Below, one piece after another: positions 23,101 through 36,034 of a stretch of 64,000 bases of DNA. The stretch covers positions 2,944,201 through 3,008,200 of the forward strand of contig NC_092679.1 in assembly GCF_964355755.1 (NCBI RefSeq), read 5' to 3'. Both the position numbers and the translations under genes were made by a program. This stretch comes from Antedon mediterranea. Lineage: Eukaryota > Animalia > Echinodermata. The notes beneath the pieces were generated by a model, which made no database searches, was not told the origin of the DNA, and was given only the letters and a program-made list of their open reading frames with translations. How positions within the stretch are numbered: position 1 is the first letter of the stretch; each line of letters begins with the position of its first letter.

Positions 23101-26100
23101 TGTAAATATTTTGTAATAATTTTTCTTATGGAAGATATTGGGAATAAGCTGTTCCATCAATACTCTGAATTTCTTAAAGTTCTGTCTACACTATAAAAAC
23201 AAGCACGAATGTGCGATAGTCGGGGTACAGCAAAGAAGCTATGATGACGTCATAAGACGCGATGTGACGTCACATACACATCAATAACCTCGCTACCAAA
23301 TATTTTATACGGCTATACGGTACCATCTTCGAGACGTCATATGGCTGCATCCGGTTTGAAATTTAAAAATCCGGCTCTATAGCTTTGAGGACATCACTTT
23401 TTTTGTCAAACTAGTTTGATAGTGTAGGCTGAAAGCTGTACTATCAAACTTATGTGATAAAAAGAGTGATATGGACAGGATGACATCACATCACTACCAT
23501 ATTTGGGCACATCACACTTTTTTGTCAAACTAGTTTGATAGTGTAGACAGAGCTTTTGGCTAATTTGATGTTGTTTGTGTACAGTGTGTTTGCCTGTTTA
23601 AGAATTATTGATCAACAATTAATCATAGCTAATGAAGTTCGTTAAAGCGTATTATATAACACCTAAATAAATTCCTGTCATTTGATTGGACGATTGTGGG
23701 TCACATGGCGTGCAATAGTACGCACTATTAAACGATCGTTTAATAGTACTTTTTGAAACATTTTTGTGTACGAAAAAAAAAAACGTCTCGCGGATGAAAA
23801 AAAATCTAGTACACAAATTATCCTATGATATGGCTCTGTACTGTGAAATACAACAGCGCCACCTGTCGTCTGGCCTCAGTTTCGTTTTCTTTTAAACATT
23901 TGTGTACGAAAAAAAACATTCATTATTTGTATACCATGGCGAGATCACTAACCTACCCATACTGTAGTTTATCAACACAACCTTGTGTAAAAAAAATGTA
24001 TATCTCTCTACTGATAAAGTGGATTTCACAGCCTTTATACCGTTTTTAAGAACTACATACAATGTTGGAGGTTGTGTTAATAATGCAGGCCTTTTCTTTT
24101 GATGTGAGCAAGTGCGATCACTCATCTAACACACTCCTAAACTGCACTTTAGGAGTGTGATTTACAACACACTTAAATTTGGTAAACTGCTACTCACCAA
24201 AATACAAACAGCACACCTACAGCACCCTTGAATGTATTGACGAGTGCAATTTGTAGCACACCTACAATTTTAAGGCTCGATAACGATAAATTAATGCAGC
24301 TAATACCCACCCACGACAACAACAAGTGCATGTGTGTTTTAATTACATTTGACGGAATTTGATTCCTAGTTCACATGTTTACTGACGTGGACATGATCAC
24401 ATTTCACAAATCTATATTTCAATAATGCTTCTGTAGAAAAATAAACTTGCCGTATAGATTTTCTCGATGTATTGTTATTATGAGATAGATTAATATGCTC
24501 TAGAAATCTGCACAAGGTCTTGTGTTTGATATTAACACTTAATGCTGATCCTAAAAGGCTGCCTTTGGCGCTAATATCGAGCTGTTGCACTTACAGTACC
24601 AAGGTTTTTATAAAATATTAGTATAACAATAGCTAGGTTCATGTTTGCTAGACATCTCCTGTTGTTTTAAATTTTTGATAATGATATGATGATATTTCAT
24701 AATTAATTATGTTTCTTAATGGTTATTCATTGTTATTGTTATGCTCTAAGAAAACAACCAAAGATCATCTTCACATATTTAATCCTGCATCTCTTTTTTA
24801 AATTTTTTAGATTGAAATTGTATATATTTTTTATATCTTGTATCATAAATTGTGTTACTTACTGTTGGATGCGTATGAAATAAAATGTTTAAAAAAATTG
24901 GTTAAAGTTAATGATTTTTACCAGATTAAACCCTTCATGATTTATACTATAGTTATTCCAATTTGCAATACTTTGCAAAATTTTAAATGAAAGTTGCCAG
25001 GTCAGCATTTAGCAAAATAATGATGATTACAGTATCATATTGATTGCCTTTAAAGGAAGCATATAGAACATTGTTATCTAATCTAGAGACAAGCCTCAGC
25101 CACAAACAAGCATTGCTTTCAGTTTCATTTTTCCTGAGGAAACCCTGTTTTGTGGTCATGTAGTGAAGGTTACATCCAGGGGCCTACTCCAGTGGATAGC
25201 TTTATCAAAGCATTCATTATTGACCAATCATTGAACTTGACCTTGTTGTTGAAATAGCAGGTCAATGACCAGGTGTGAGGTACATAGCAGCGATTACTCA
25301 CATGGATCTGTTTTGAATAATTTGATTTTTATGTCCACACTATCAAAGTAGTTTGACAAAAAAAAGTGTGATGTGACCAAATATCATGGTAGTGATATGC
25401 TCACATATGGAAGTGATATGGTATCATCATGTCTATATATGGGCACATCACATTTTTTTGTCACATAAAGTTTGATAGTGTAGACAGAGCTTTTAATGAC
25501 TTGAAATTCTGCAGAATACATTTGATATTTTTGAAATATAATGCATTGCAACTAAAATAAAATTGGTGACTGCATTAATATTTTTGTTTTTTATAGCACT
25601 GGTGAGTTTGTGACCATAGTGGAGCTTCCAGAAGGCAAGCATGAGTACAAGTTCAACGTGGACGGTCAATGGACTCACGATCCTAAGCAGGTAATACACA
25701 ACATAAACGTAGTGGAGCTGTAGCTTAGTGGTTAACGTGCTTGCCTTCCAATCCCAACGTCTGGGGTTCAATCCTGACAAAGTGCCAGAGTTGTCACTCA
25801 CAACTTTTTCAACTCCACACTTATACTGGGTTTATAAGCACGATAAATGATAAATAGTTTATCCATCCTGTAACTGGCGAGTTTTTGCTCGCGTATGAAA
25901 TATTTAAAAAAATTAATACAAAATAATGAATGGTCATATGTGACACTGTATTACGGAATTTGTGGTGATACAGTCCAGTGAATCTGATGCAATTTCAGTT
26001 TCTTTTTTTAAATATAAATGATAAAATTTGAAAGTGAATAACATTTCAAATCATAAAATTGGTTGATTAAAACTATATTGTAATTTAAATAACTTCTAGA

Positions 26101-28938
26101 TGCATTAGTGTTCAACTTCATCCAATTATTACTGATAATAGTTAGTGGCACCATTCATTAAAGAGTGACCCTACAGATATCATTCATCTCCTATTACATT
26201 TACCATTTTCAAAAGCTATCAATATTTCCTATATTGTGTAATTAGAATCCAAAGTTATTTAAACTCGTTCTTTCTAAATTGAAGGGGAGCTTCGGGGAGG
26301 CATGTTTAAAACGAGAAGTTTGCGTTATTAGAGCCGTTTAATTATAGTGTCTGAGCAGGCTTGTATACTTTACAGACTAAATTAACCTTTTGATTTGGCC
26401 TCGGACTACAGCGATTTCTGAATTAGAAGTAGTTGAGTGATATTATGCAACTGTGATTTAGTCAGTATATGATTTGTATGAACACTGAAATGAAAGGATT
26501 TTAGCTAACCCAAAATATAAAATAAAGGAATATCAAATTGCCAAAAATATTGTGTAACAGATATAATGTTTTCTGATTTGTATTGCTTTTAAGATGGTAT
26601 TTCTATCATCAGATAGTCTGGTAGACAGCTTAGTATTTAAACTAGAATAGGTATGTGATATGTTAGCAGGCGGCCCCTATAGGGCAGTTTATATGCTTAA
26701 TAGTATCATGTTGTGGGCTAAGTGCCAATTGAAAATAGGATTCAAATGTGCTTGCTGCCTAGCTAAGCTTGAAATGTAACCCATGATCATACTAATGTAC
26801 TGTATCCCTACCACCTAGGGTTCTGCAACAGCAAAATTTCAGTATTTTGGCTCTGTACCAACATTTAGAAGTTTAATTTAGACTGTCTGGTTTTTGATGA
26901 TTTTTTTTTATTGGCTTGATACCAGCACATTTGTTCCTATCTGAAATGTGACAAGAACTAACAGTATACCATTGACCAATTAGATCACTTACCGCCAGTT
27001 GGTATGCTAACAGATTTGAACCAATGATTTGATGACAAGATGGCTGGCACCAAACTACAGTACCTTTCTCAGTTTGCCATTGCAATATAATGTTTATAGA
27101 TATGAAATATATTAGTTTTCACTTTGTTTTTGTACCTACCAGCAATAGTGATAATTTTACTGTATATCAATTATATCAATATTCATATACGTGTTGGTAT
27201 GTTCATTGTGTCATGATAACTAGCGTGTACGTCTCAGACACGGTGTTCTTTTACTGTTGTAGCTGCAAGTTTGGTAATGTCAATAGCATTTTCTAATTCA
27301 TTGTTTAATTGTATGACCATTCTATAGTACTAGTGACTGGTTGCCTAGGTTCTAGGCCCTTCTGTAGTGTTACTTTATTTTTACAGTATTATATCAAATA
27401 TCCCTTCTAAAATCATTTTTTAGACCACGCCCGAATAAATAACTGACGAAAGATGTACTGTAATAACCGGAAGTTCTGTTGTGTTTTTTTCTCTTTTAGC
27501 CGACTGTGGATAATAACGTAGGTAGTGTAAACAACACAATTAATGTGATGAAGTCTGACTTTGAAGTTTTAGAGGCGTTAGCCATTGATTCTATTAACAG
27601 TAGCAGTACTGCCCATCAGAATGTAACAAAAGGTATGCTCTTTAGATTTCAACATAAATTGATATGGTAAATTACATCTAACAACAGGACACATTTTCTA
27701 TCAAAGTTTGATAATGTAGACAGAGCTTTTTGACTGTTTTAAAGACAATAGAATGAGTAACCATAACAAGCACAAACATTTATTCCCAAGTAAGCCAGCC
27801 AGCCAACTGCAAAATTAACTGATTTTAAATTTCAATTTGTTTGTAGGAGAGAGTAGTTCACCACCAGGTGACTATAGTCAAGAAATACCTAAAAGGATTT
27901 CACCCGAGAAGTCTGGAGGTCCTCCAATTCTTCCACCACATCTCCTGCAGGTGATGTTGAATAAAGACACAGGTCTACAGGTTAGTGAAACAGTTCAAAT
28001 ACAGATTTGATAATTAATTGTTAAGATGATTCGATGGCAACACCTTGGCAACCATGGTTTCTCACCATCATGCCAGGAGTGCCAGTCAGCAACCACGCCC
28101 TGGGTGGGGAGGGAGGTTGCATCGCCAACCAGCGTGATAAGAACCGTAGATAAGGAATCATTGGTTGTAAAATGGAATGTTCTCTTGTCTGTGTTCTCAT
28201 GTGAAATTGTGAAAAACTCTCATTCTCTCTTTCCTACACTATCACACTAGTTTGACAAAAAAGTGTGATGTGCCCAAATATAGTAGTGATATGACATCAT
28301 CATGTCTATATATGGGCACACCACATTTTGATAGAACTTTAGCTTCCTATAAAACACTACATTGAGTCTGTATGCTATTTTATTTTTATAGTACGATCCT
28401 TCGTTGCTTCCTGAACCAAATCATGTGATGTTAAACCATTTATATGCTCTGTCTATTAAGGTTAGTATCACCTCAGTATGACCTCAAATGACCTTTTGGA
28501 GGGTACAGTAGAACTCCTCCCATTAAAGAGACATTTTGTTGGCTCCTGAAGAGTTGTACTGCAATCTTAATTGCCAATTTACACAGACAAGCGGTAACGG
28601 TAAGCAGAAAACCGTGTAGCTTGTCCCACGTAGAATCTGTATATATCCCAAGCGGAAGCCGCCTGTCTGCTCCACCTTATTCATAAGGAATAACATAGAT
28701 TCTATGTTACCGCTCGTCTTTGTAAATTGTCCTTAAGAGTACAGTATAAATAAATCGGACCATAATAATGTTTTCCATGGGGGATCTCATTTATATTGTA
28801 GGTTTTTTTAACATTTTTAATAGAATTTGTCTTACTTTGTTTTAATTCTTTGCCATGTAGGATGGTGTGATGGTTTTAAGTGCAACACATCGGTACCGCA
28901 AGAAATATGTTACAACAGTAATGTACAAACCCATATAA
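20148..28938 (+). CDS. PRKAB1: 5'-AMP-activated protein kinase beta subunit (279 aa)
   Basis: Exons 20148-20309, 21930-22099, 25597-25690, 27500-27632, 27847-27980, 28392-28460, 28861-28938. MGNTSG myristoylation start; CBM PTVFHWNGGGKNVFLSGSFNQW...YKFNVDGQW; C-terminal PPILPPHLLQVMLN, LPEPNHVMLNHLYALSIKDGVMVLSATHRYRKKYVTTVMYKPI. Co-orthologous to PRKAB1/PRKAB2. Confidence 0.97.
21733..21842. mobile_element. Harbinger-like MITE family A copy with TTA TSD
   Basis: tta|agctctgtctatact...gtgtggacagagct|tta. Confidence 0.8.
22158..22374 (-). mobile_element. tRNA-derived SINE with Nin/Deu-like central domain
   Basis: Minus strand: A-box tggccaagcgg, B-box ggttcgagg, then ggataaggactataaaccgtaggtcc...gcactttaaagaacc...gagtagggggttaccccggtg. 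Second copy at about 43325-43465 (+). Confidence 0.65.
23178..23554. mobile_element. Composite/nested Harbinger-like MITE family A
   Basis: Left TIR agttctgtctacactat, two right-end copies (agtttgatagtgtag) at about 23413 and 23532. Confidence 0.65.
25709..25892 (+). mobile_element. tRNA(Gly-like)-derived SINE, family 1
   Basis: A-box tagcttagtggt, gccTTCCAatc anticodon-like arm, B-box ggttcaatcc. Homologous copies at 4200-4396 and 41635-41797 (-). Confidence 0.75.
28571..28712. mobile_element. Harbinger-like MITE family B (TIR GGCCAATTTACACAGACGAGCGG)
   Basis: gccaatttacacagacaagcggtaac...gttaccgctcgtctttgtaaattgtcc. Related copy at about 41148-41272. Confidence 0.7.
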
Positions 28939-29011
28939 AAACCACAGAATGGGGTGTTCTGTTATATATTTGCTCTAGTCTGGACTGATAAAGATGTTTT
29001 ATGTTTGTAGA

Positions 29012-29360
29012 TACCCATATATGGTCATGATGTGTCCATATATAGTCATGAAGTACTCAAGTTTACGACATGTCCATATATAGACATGGTGTACCCATAT
29101 ATGGTCATGATGTGTCCATATATAGTCATGAAGTACTCAAGTTTACGACATGTCCATATATAGACATGGTGTACCCATATATGGTCATGATGTGTCCATA
29201 TATAGTCATGAAGTACTCAAGTTTACGACATGTCCATATATAGACATGGTGTACCCATAATGGTCATGATGTGTCCATATATACTCATGAAGTACTCAAG
29301 TTTACAACATGTCCATATATAGACATGAGGTACCCATATATGGTCATGATGTTTCCATAT
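29012..29360. repeat. 80-bp minisatellite (~4.3 copies) in PRKAB 3' UTR
   Basis: tacccatat recurs at 29012, 29092, 29172, 29252, 29331. Confidence 0.92.
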
Positions 29361-32097
29361 TATCTTATGCCTATATAAGGTAATGATGTATCATATATAG
29401 TATAATATAATGCTGATATATGGTAATGATGTACGAATATTAATATCATAATGTGTTGTCATGCCCATATTTAGCTGTTGGGTAAGATGTCACCATTGCC
29501 TTATATAGGCATTTGTCCGTTAAAAGGTTGACTTTAAAGTGTGATTTACTTTCTATAGGTTATTGTGTACTGTAGGTGTGCCAAATTTATCAGTAGTATA
29601 TTAGTCAACAAGGTTTGTGAATAATTGAAATATGATTGGCTTATAAATGTTTTAAAGGAGAGGGACTATTTTGGTGTAAATGTTTCGGTTTATAATTGAT
29701 AAAATTGAGCGATGTGGTACGGTGTTAACGTGCATGGTCATTTTAGTGCAACATGATTTAAAACCAAAGAGTTCATAATACTATCGTATTTAGCGCTGAG
29801 GTTATTATAACTATTTTTTAAACCCACTTTCAGCTTACTAGCCCTGTTATTTACTTTGCTGAAATTGGTTTATTGCTGAAAATTTGAGGGAGGGTTAAGA
29901 AAGATAATGATTGTAAAGTAAGGGTTAGGAAAATTGTAAAATTACTGCATAAGCGTTACTGCAGTTTAGGCAGTAGAATTACTGCAGCAATTGTAGTAGG
30001 ACTGCCACTGCATTAGTGCTAAGAGTTGCTTGTCTATGTTATTCGAGAATGATATGAAAATTATTTTAGTAAGAGAGAAAAATGAGATTTAAATTTGCAA
30101 GGATAAAAGATACTTAAAATCTGAAATTTACTACTGTACAAAAAATGACATTCCTTGTATTTGGAGGTTAACAATTTTAATTTTTTTTCGGCATACAAGC
30201 ATGACAATGTCAGAAGACACTAGATATAAACATTCTGTATAACATTTTTTAAAGAAAAAAGCTCTGTATAGAACAGGAATGATAATTGGGTCTTTTTTTA
30301 TAATTTAAAACAAATATGACAGCAAAAAATGGTTTATTTTGTGTTATATAATATAGCGTACCAATATAATTAAATTTCAATTCTATAAAATTTATCTTGA
30401 ACTATTATTTAAATTTAAAAAATTATAAAAAGATTAGGTAAGTTGTTTTTTTAAATAAGTTTATTGTTAATATGCGAAAATCAAAATCAAGGAAAATATG
30501 ATTATATAAGTTCTTTAAAATAATTATGTGCATTTAACACATTGGAGTAGGCAAAGAATATAATAATAATAGATTATATTCTTGAAAGAATGTATTGATC
30601 TGTTGATTAAGTGTGATTGGTATAAATTACCACTCACAGTATAACTTTTATTAAGATGAAATTAAAATGTAAAATAATCCCAGTGTTGCCAGGTTATATC
30701 TATATTTGACTGCCCAATTTCCAGTTGTAAATTCTTAAGTGTGTGCACTAAGTTTTGAGTTATGAAGAGTAGGGTAATAAAGTAAGAATTTTGTAAAGTG
30801 TTAAGAAGGAAAAACGATCGTACAGTATAAAGTTATTACAAAATAATTGTTTATATCCAGTTGTTAAGGTCTAAGGCTATGTTCAGACTGACTGACTAAG
30901 AAGTAGATTAGGATAAGCCAACTGTATTTTGATAAGCACACTAAATTGATTTCTGTCCACATATTGACCAATAGAGGTTCACCTTGCAAAACATGTAATA
31001 TATCCCCATATATATAGCAACAAATATAATAACTTCTTATATGTACACTATCATATCGCGGTCAGTCTGTATGTTAGTCCTAACACCACGTTTAAAACAG
31101 TTAATCAGATTGTCTTTTGTACTGTTGTACATTTTGTGCCAAATAATATATCAAACAATATCAGTACATTGGTACTAATATAACAGTTTTTCTGGAAACA
31201 GCAAAAGTGTACGAAGCAATTTGAGGCTGGGCCTTGTAAATAATGTACAAAGAATATAGGGAGATTAAGTCAAATGGTTGGTTTGTAGAGCGACGGGAAA
31301 ATAAAAATTATTGATGTTGTAAATGTGTAATATATTAATAATGTAATTCATTGCTGTATAATCTATCAAATTGGCAGGTGAATTATTCAATAACACTGTT
31401 CATGGTACATCAATGTCTGTTTTTAATTTCTTTTTTCAAACATAGAGATAATTAAGAGTAGTATAATAGTATACCACATATATATGGCGCTCTTTTCATG
31501 AATAAACATTGGTCCCCTGAATTTATACAAAAAAAAAATTTAATGTATAACATTCTACTCCAATGCATAAATAATAATAATCACAAAAAAATCATTTAGG
31601 TATTATTGGAGAAATTTATTTTCATATTTCATTGGTTTTTATTTCAGGATTTACATACCCAACTATAAAAAGCACCACTGTATTAAATAGATTGTGCGTG
31701 TCATCTATAACTTTTATATTTAAAAACTTCTGTGCAACGCTCTGTCTACACTATCAAACTTTGTGACAAAAAAAATATGATATTTGGGCACATCACACTT
31801 GTTTTGTCAACCTAGATTGATTGTGTAGACATAGCTTTAGGCTCTTATTTGTCAATGGAAGAACAACAATTAAAAGTCCTTATTTATTTTTTGGTTTAGA
31901 GGTCCTTGGGGGTTAGACAAGATTAGTTTCAACAACTCATTATTAATACTTAGTATTTTTACTAATAATACCAAAAATGTTTTTTAATACCGATTATCTT
32001 TATATTATCTACGATTGTCTTTCTTTCCTTTTAAATATCTTAACAATAATCTTATTAATCACACTATTTTACACATTAAAACTTGTTGGTTTTCTTT

Positions 32098-34191
32098 CTA
32101 AATTTGATCGACGATGTTAGCAGCTAGCGTGCATGTCAGTCCTGTACCGTCGGGTTCTACATTAATCTTCTTTACCACGCCATCTTCAATAACCATTGCA
32201 TATCTGAAACATGTCAAATTATACTCTTTTAGTATTTAACTTTAGTATAACCTCATTAAAACTCTAGTATTTTCAACTCTTAAGCTCCTTTCCCACAACA
32301 AGAGTGCTTGTATAGATGCCTGCATTGGCTCAGGGGAGGAGAGGTTAATTGTTCAAATGTTTATTGTAAATAATGGATTTCAATTCAATGTAAAAACTCC
32401 AGATTGTTGGACCTCCACTTAAGTTCTGTCTACACTATCAAACTTTGTGTGAAAAAAAAATGTGATGTGCATATATATTGACTTGATGATGTCATATCAC
32501 TACCATATTTGGGCACATCAAACTAGTTTGATAGTGTAGACAGAGCTTTAAACCTAAGTTGGGATATGCATCACAGTTAAAGTGACTAGTAAAATGTGCA
32601 ACCCCCTTAATTTTATCATGTGATCTCCCCTTATATTATTTACATATCTGGTATCTCTAGGTATAGTTACAGTACCACCATTCACAAACAACATTACTAT
32701 ATTACAACAATAACATGAATTTGCATAAAACATAAATTATGTGATCTTTAATCATAAATAGTAAGGTTTATTAGTATAAATATTGGTATTGTTCGTACCT
32801 CTTTGATCGCAGGTTTCCTAAAATGGCAGTAGCGTCCAGTCCCAAGTCAACGGCCTGTAATAAAATAATAACATCGTATATTTTTAGTTTATTTCTCCTG
32901 TATTGATACTCTTTATTTACACATTGAAAAAAAAAAGAATTTTGACAAACCTTAGTAAATTCTGCACATGTATCTGCTAGCATACGAATCTGAAAAAGAC
33001 AAGAAAATTAACATAATTATACAGGTGTAAATATACACCATTGATCGTGGCTTTAAACCTGATATACAGATAGACATATAGATATCACATGTTGAATAGC
33101 AACTCTTCTCCAACATGGCGGCTCTCAATCATATAGGATAGGGAATGTTTTTAGTGTTCTTTTAAAACGTGTAATAAGCGTACCTCTCCAGCTTTGTGGG
33201 CATCTCCCCACGCTGACATCACAAAGGCATCGTTGACAGAGATACAAGCAACAATGTCAATGTTCTTGCTTTTGATCTTGGCAAAGTCCTGCACATACCC
33301 TGGTAGATGAGTCTAAAAAAGAAACGTTTTATTCAATTCAATATTTTATTTCGGAATCCCTAGTCTAGAATCAAATATCATAATTAAATGAAAGGCTTGT
33401 TCTAACCAAAAAATGAATACGATTGTACAGCATTTGTAGAGTTACCTCTCTAGATAGCTTACCTTTGAACAGCCAGGGGTGAAAGCCCCAGGCACGGCAA
33501 ACAGCACTCCCTTCTTGCCTTTAAAAAGGTCCGCCATATTGACCTTTTGACCTGGATTGCCTTCATGAACTTCCACACTGGGAATTTTGTCACCAACCTA
33601 TAAAAAGGGATTTACATTTATTTAATAAGATATTAACTATATTGCCATGTGTGCACAAAACACGATTCAAAATAAATATAATATGTGTGTGTACCTTTCT
33701 TTCCTTTCTTTTTGTTTAGAAAGTCAAAGAATTAAAAATTAAAAAAAAAAGAATAGGCTAGGCCCTAGGGCCTATAGTATTACTATTAGTAGGCCCTCAA
33801 TTCAACAGTGCCACACATGCACAGTAACCAGCGCGCCTAGCCTAATAAGTGGCCTACTGATGATAGAGCTAGGGCCTAGGCTTAGGCTAGCCTAGTCTCT
33901 AATAAATAGATACCGTTGGTTAGGCTAGCGTATGCCCTACTACTCTAGATAGACTAGAGGCTAGCCTAGGCTAGGGCCGCTAGTTAGGCCACTAGGCTAG
34001 CCTAACTAGCCGCCTGCCTTGAGACTAGCCTACTAGAGAGAGGTCCATTTTAAAAATGAAATGCAATAATTTACCTGTATCGGCATGTTATTTGCGGTAG
34101 ATAGAGTAAATGCACGTAAAGAAAGACGACTAATATATACTTTTGAAATGTTTTTCAGTAAGTTTGAACCGAGGCTATTTATACATGCCAT
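32098..34191 (-). CDS. PRDX5: Peroxiredoxin-5, mitochondrial precursor (193 aa; short form from second ATG at 34086)
   Basis: Exons 34191-34075, 33597-33463, 33312-33184, 32989-32951, 32854-32799, 32203-32098. Active site VPGAFTPGCSKTHLPGY, CISVNDAFVMSAW, RSKRYAMVIEDGVV, resolving Cys in GTGLTCTLA. Confidence 0.97.
32422..32547. mobile_element. Harbinger-like MITE family A copy with TTA TSD
   Basis: tta|agttctgtctacactatcaaact...agtttgatagtgtagacagagct|tta. Confidence 0.8.
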
Positions 34192-34199
34192 CAAACACG

Positions 34200-34830
34200 G
34201 ATGATTTCGCACCTTTTTTTAATCGGCGGCTCGCTCTCAGATCTTTTTTACAATTTCTCGTTACAGCGCATGCGTAATCCTAAAAACTTTTTAATATACT
34301 GTTGTTAAGCTTTCAGCCATGCTTCAATATTATAAGTACGTACCTGCATATTGGACACACGTGCCGTAAAACTGCAAATCATTCAACCGCATTATATAAT
34401 TCCCGGAAAAAAATTGTGGATAGTCGAAACAAAAGCCGCATAATTGCTTGACCGTGTAATTTTATTACAATTATTTCTTAAGTGCAAATGACCTGTCTAA
34501 TAATCCTGATGATGAATACTTAAAATGTATTTATAACTATGACGTATTCTACTTGGTTCATTCCCGATGCTGTTTCGCTTTTTGTAATTACTTGTTGTAT
34601 ATTGAATGTATATGTATAGTTTTATGTGTATATTGAATAAATCAATTAAAAAAATAAATTTGTTTTTTTTTATTCATTTACTCTCTTGCTTCGTGCGTGC
34701 ACCATAGTCACGTTGCGCGCGCAAAAAACGCGAGAAAGATAAAAATTGGAATAGCGCCACCAATTTGTTTAACTCTCGATCTCCAATTTCGCAATCACGA
34801 ATTGTTTGCCAGAAATAATTTAGGTTTGTA
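34200..34830. promoter_or_regulatory. Divergent (head-to-head) PRDX5/EIF5 promoter region
   Basis: CpG-enriched patches; NRF1-like GCGCATGCGT at 34266-34275; CG-rich motif at 34695-34736; donor-like sites at about 34824 and 35077 upstream of the eIF5 UTR exons. Confidence 0.55.
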
Positions 34831-35369
34831 TTAAATAAATATTGGACTATTATGATATAATATAAGAGTATTACTTTATTTCGGTATTTTATCTTTGCAG
34901 ATAAATATTTGAATTGTATAATTTATTACAAATTTATATTTAATTATTTGAATACTTTCAACGTTATCTTAATTAAGTCTGGCAACCATCTGACAAATCC
35001 ATATGGATTTCCAGAATTTCGACTAAGATTATTCTTGCAATTCGTGAGCGTGACTGTTGTGCGACATTTTGTTGAGGTAAGTTGATTGAAATTACGTGGC
35101 AATTTCGGTATAAAATTGCTACTTAAATATGATCTCAGTTATGTAAATATAACAATTAACTAGTATAGCATTACTCAATTGATTTACTTAATTATATCGT
35201 TTTGTATTTTGATTTTTACAGGACATTTATCTACGAAACCGTTTTTGTAGCTTCTACAGTGTTCGTGTGCCACTGTAACGGCGCCACACCACACAAATTG
35301 ACTTCCGTTCCTCTTTTGCATAGGAACGACCATTATTCTCGTTCGAGACAACTTGAATTGAATTTTTTT

Positions 35370-36034
35370 ATGTCTTTGTTGGGATATCACGGTAAGATTA
35401 ACTAGGCCTAATACTCATTTTGTATTTTTAGACCCTTTCCTAATTTGTAGGCTTATTATTTATTAAAATATAAATAAGACATTTATTTTTAAAATATTTA
35501 TTTTGTTTAAATAATATTATATTATATAATAATATTAATAATAATATTATTTCTATCTCGTGCACTGCATGATGCAGACCGCCGTGAAAACCTCCTCTTG
35601 TAAATAAGTAAAAGATGTATTAATACCATCCATATGGTGACAAAAAATACTTGTGTAAAAATCTTACGTAGATGTTTGTTTAAATACGAAGACGTATAGT
35701 AGTATTAGGAGATCCCAGTATGAAACCTGTAATAAGTATAGCAACTATAATAGACGTTGTTTTTATGAGCCATGATTTTATTTCTACAGAGCCATTGGTT
35801 ATACGAGCCAAGACAAGACCGCCTGCAAATTCTATAAAGCAGACGACGCCACTAGAAACTTGTATGTCCAGCTCAAAGTGTGCCAATCTACATCATCAAC
35901 TGCATTTACATCAACAAACAAGACATAATATATTTAAAAATAAACACGTCGGTGATTCGTCGAGAAGATGTCTCTCAACGTCAATCGTAACATCACCGAT
36001 CAATTCTACCGTTACAAAATGCCCCCCATCATAG
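35370..36034 (+). promoter_or_regulatory. eIF5 inhibitory uORF (spliced, two poor-context AUGs, overlaps main CDS)
   Basis: tttATGt at 35370 in UTR exon 35222-35391, spliced to 35790; in-frame tgtATGt at 35864; TAG ends at 36034, 67 nt into the CDS. Confidence 0.75.

Noticed and set aside
23628-24135. Crypton-like non-autonomous element
   Set aside because: It has repeat-like motifs and a palindrome (actattaaacgatcgtttaatagt), but termini could not be defined from a single copy.
25709-25790. tRNA-Gly gene
   Set aside because: Stems are degenerate and a tail is shared with two other dispersed copies, so it is a SINE head.
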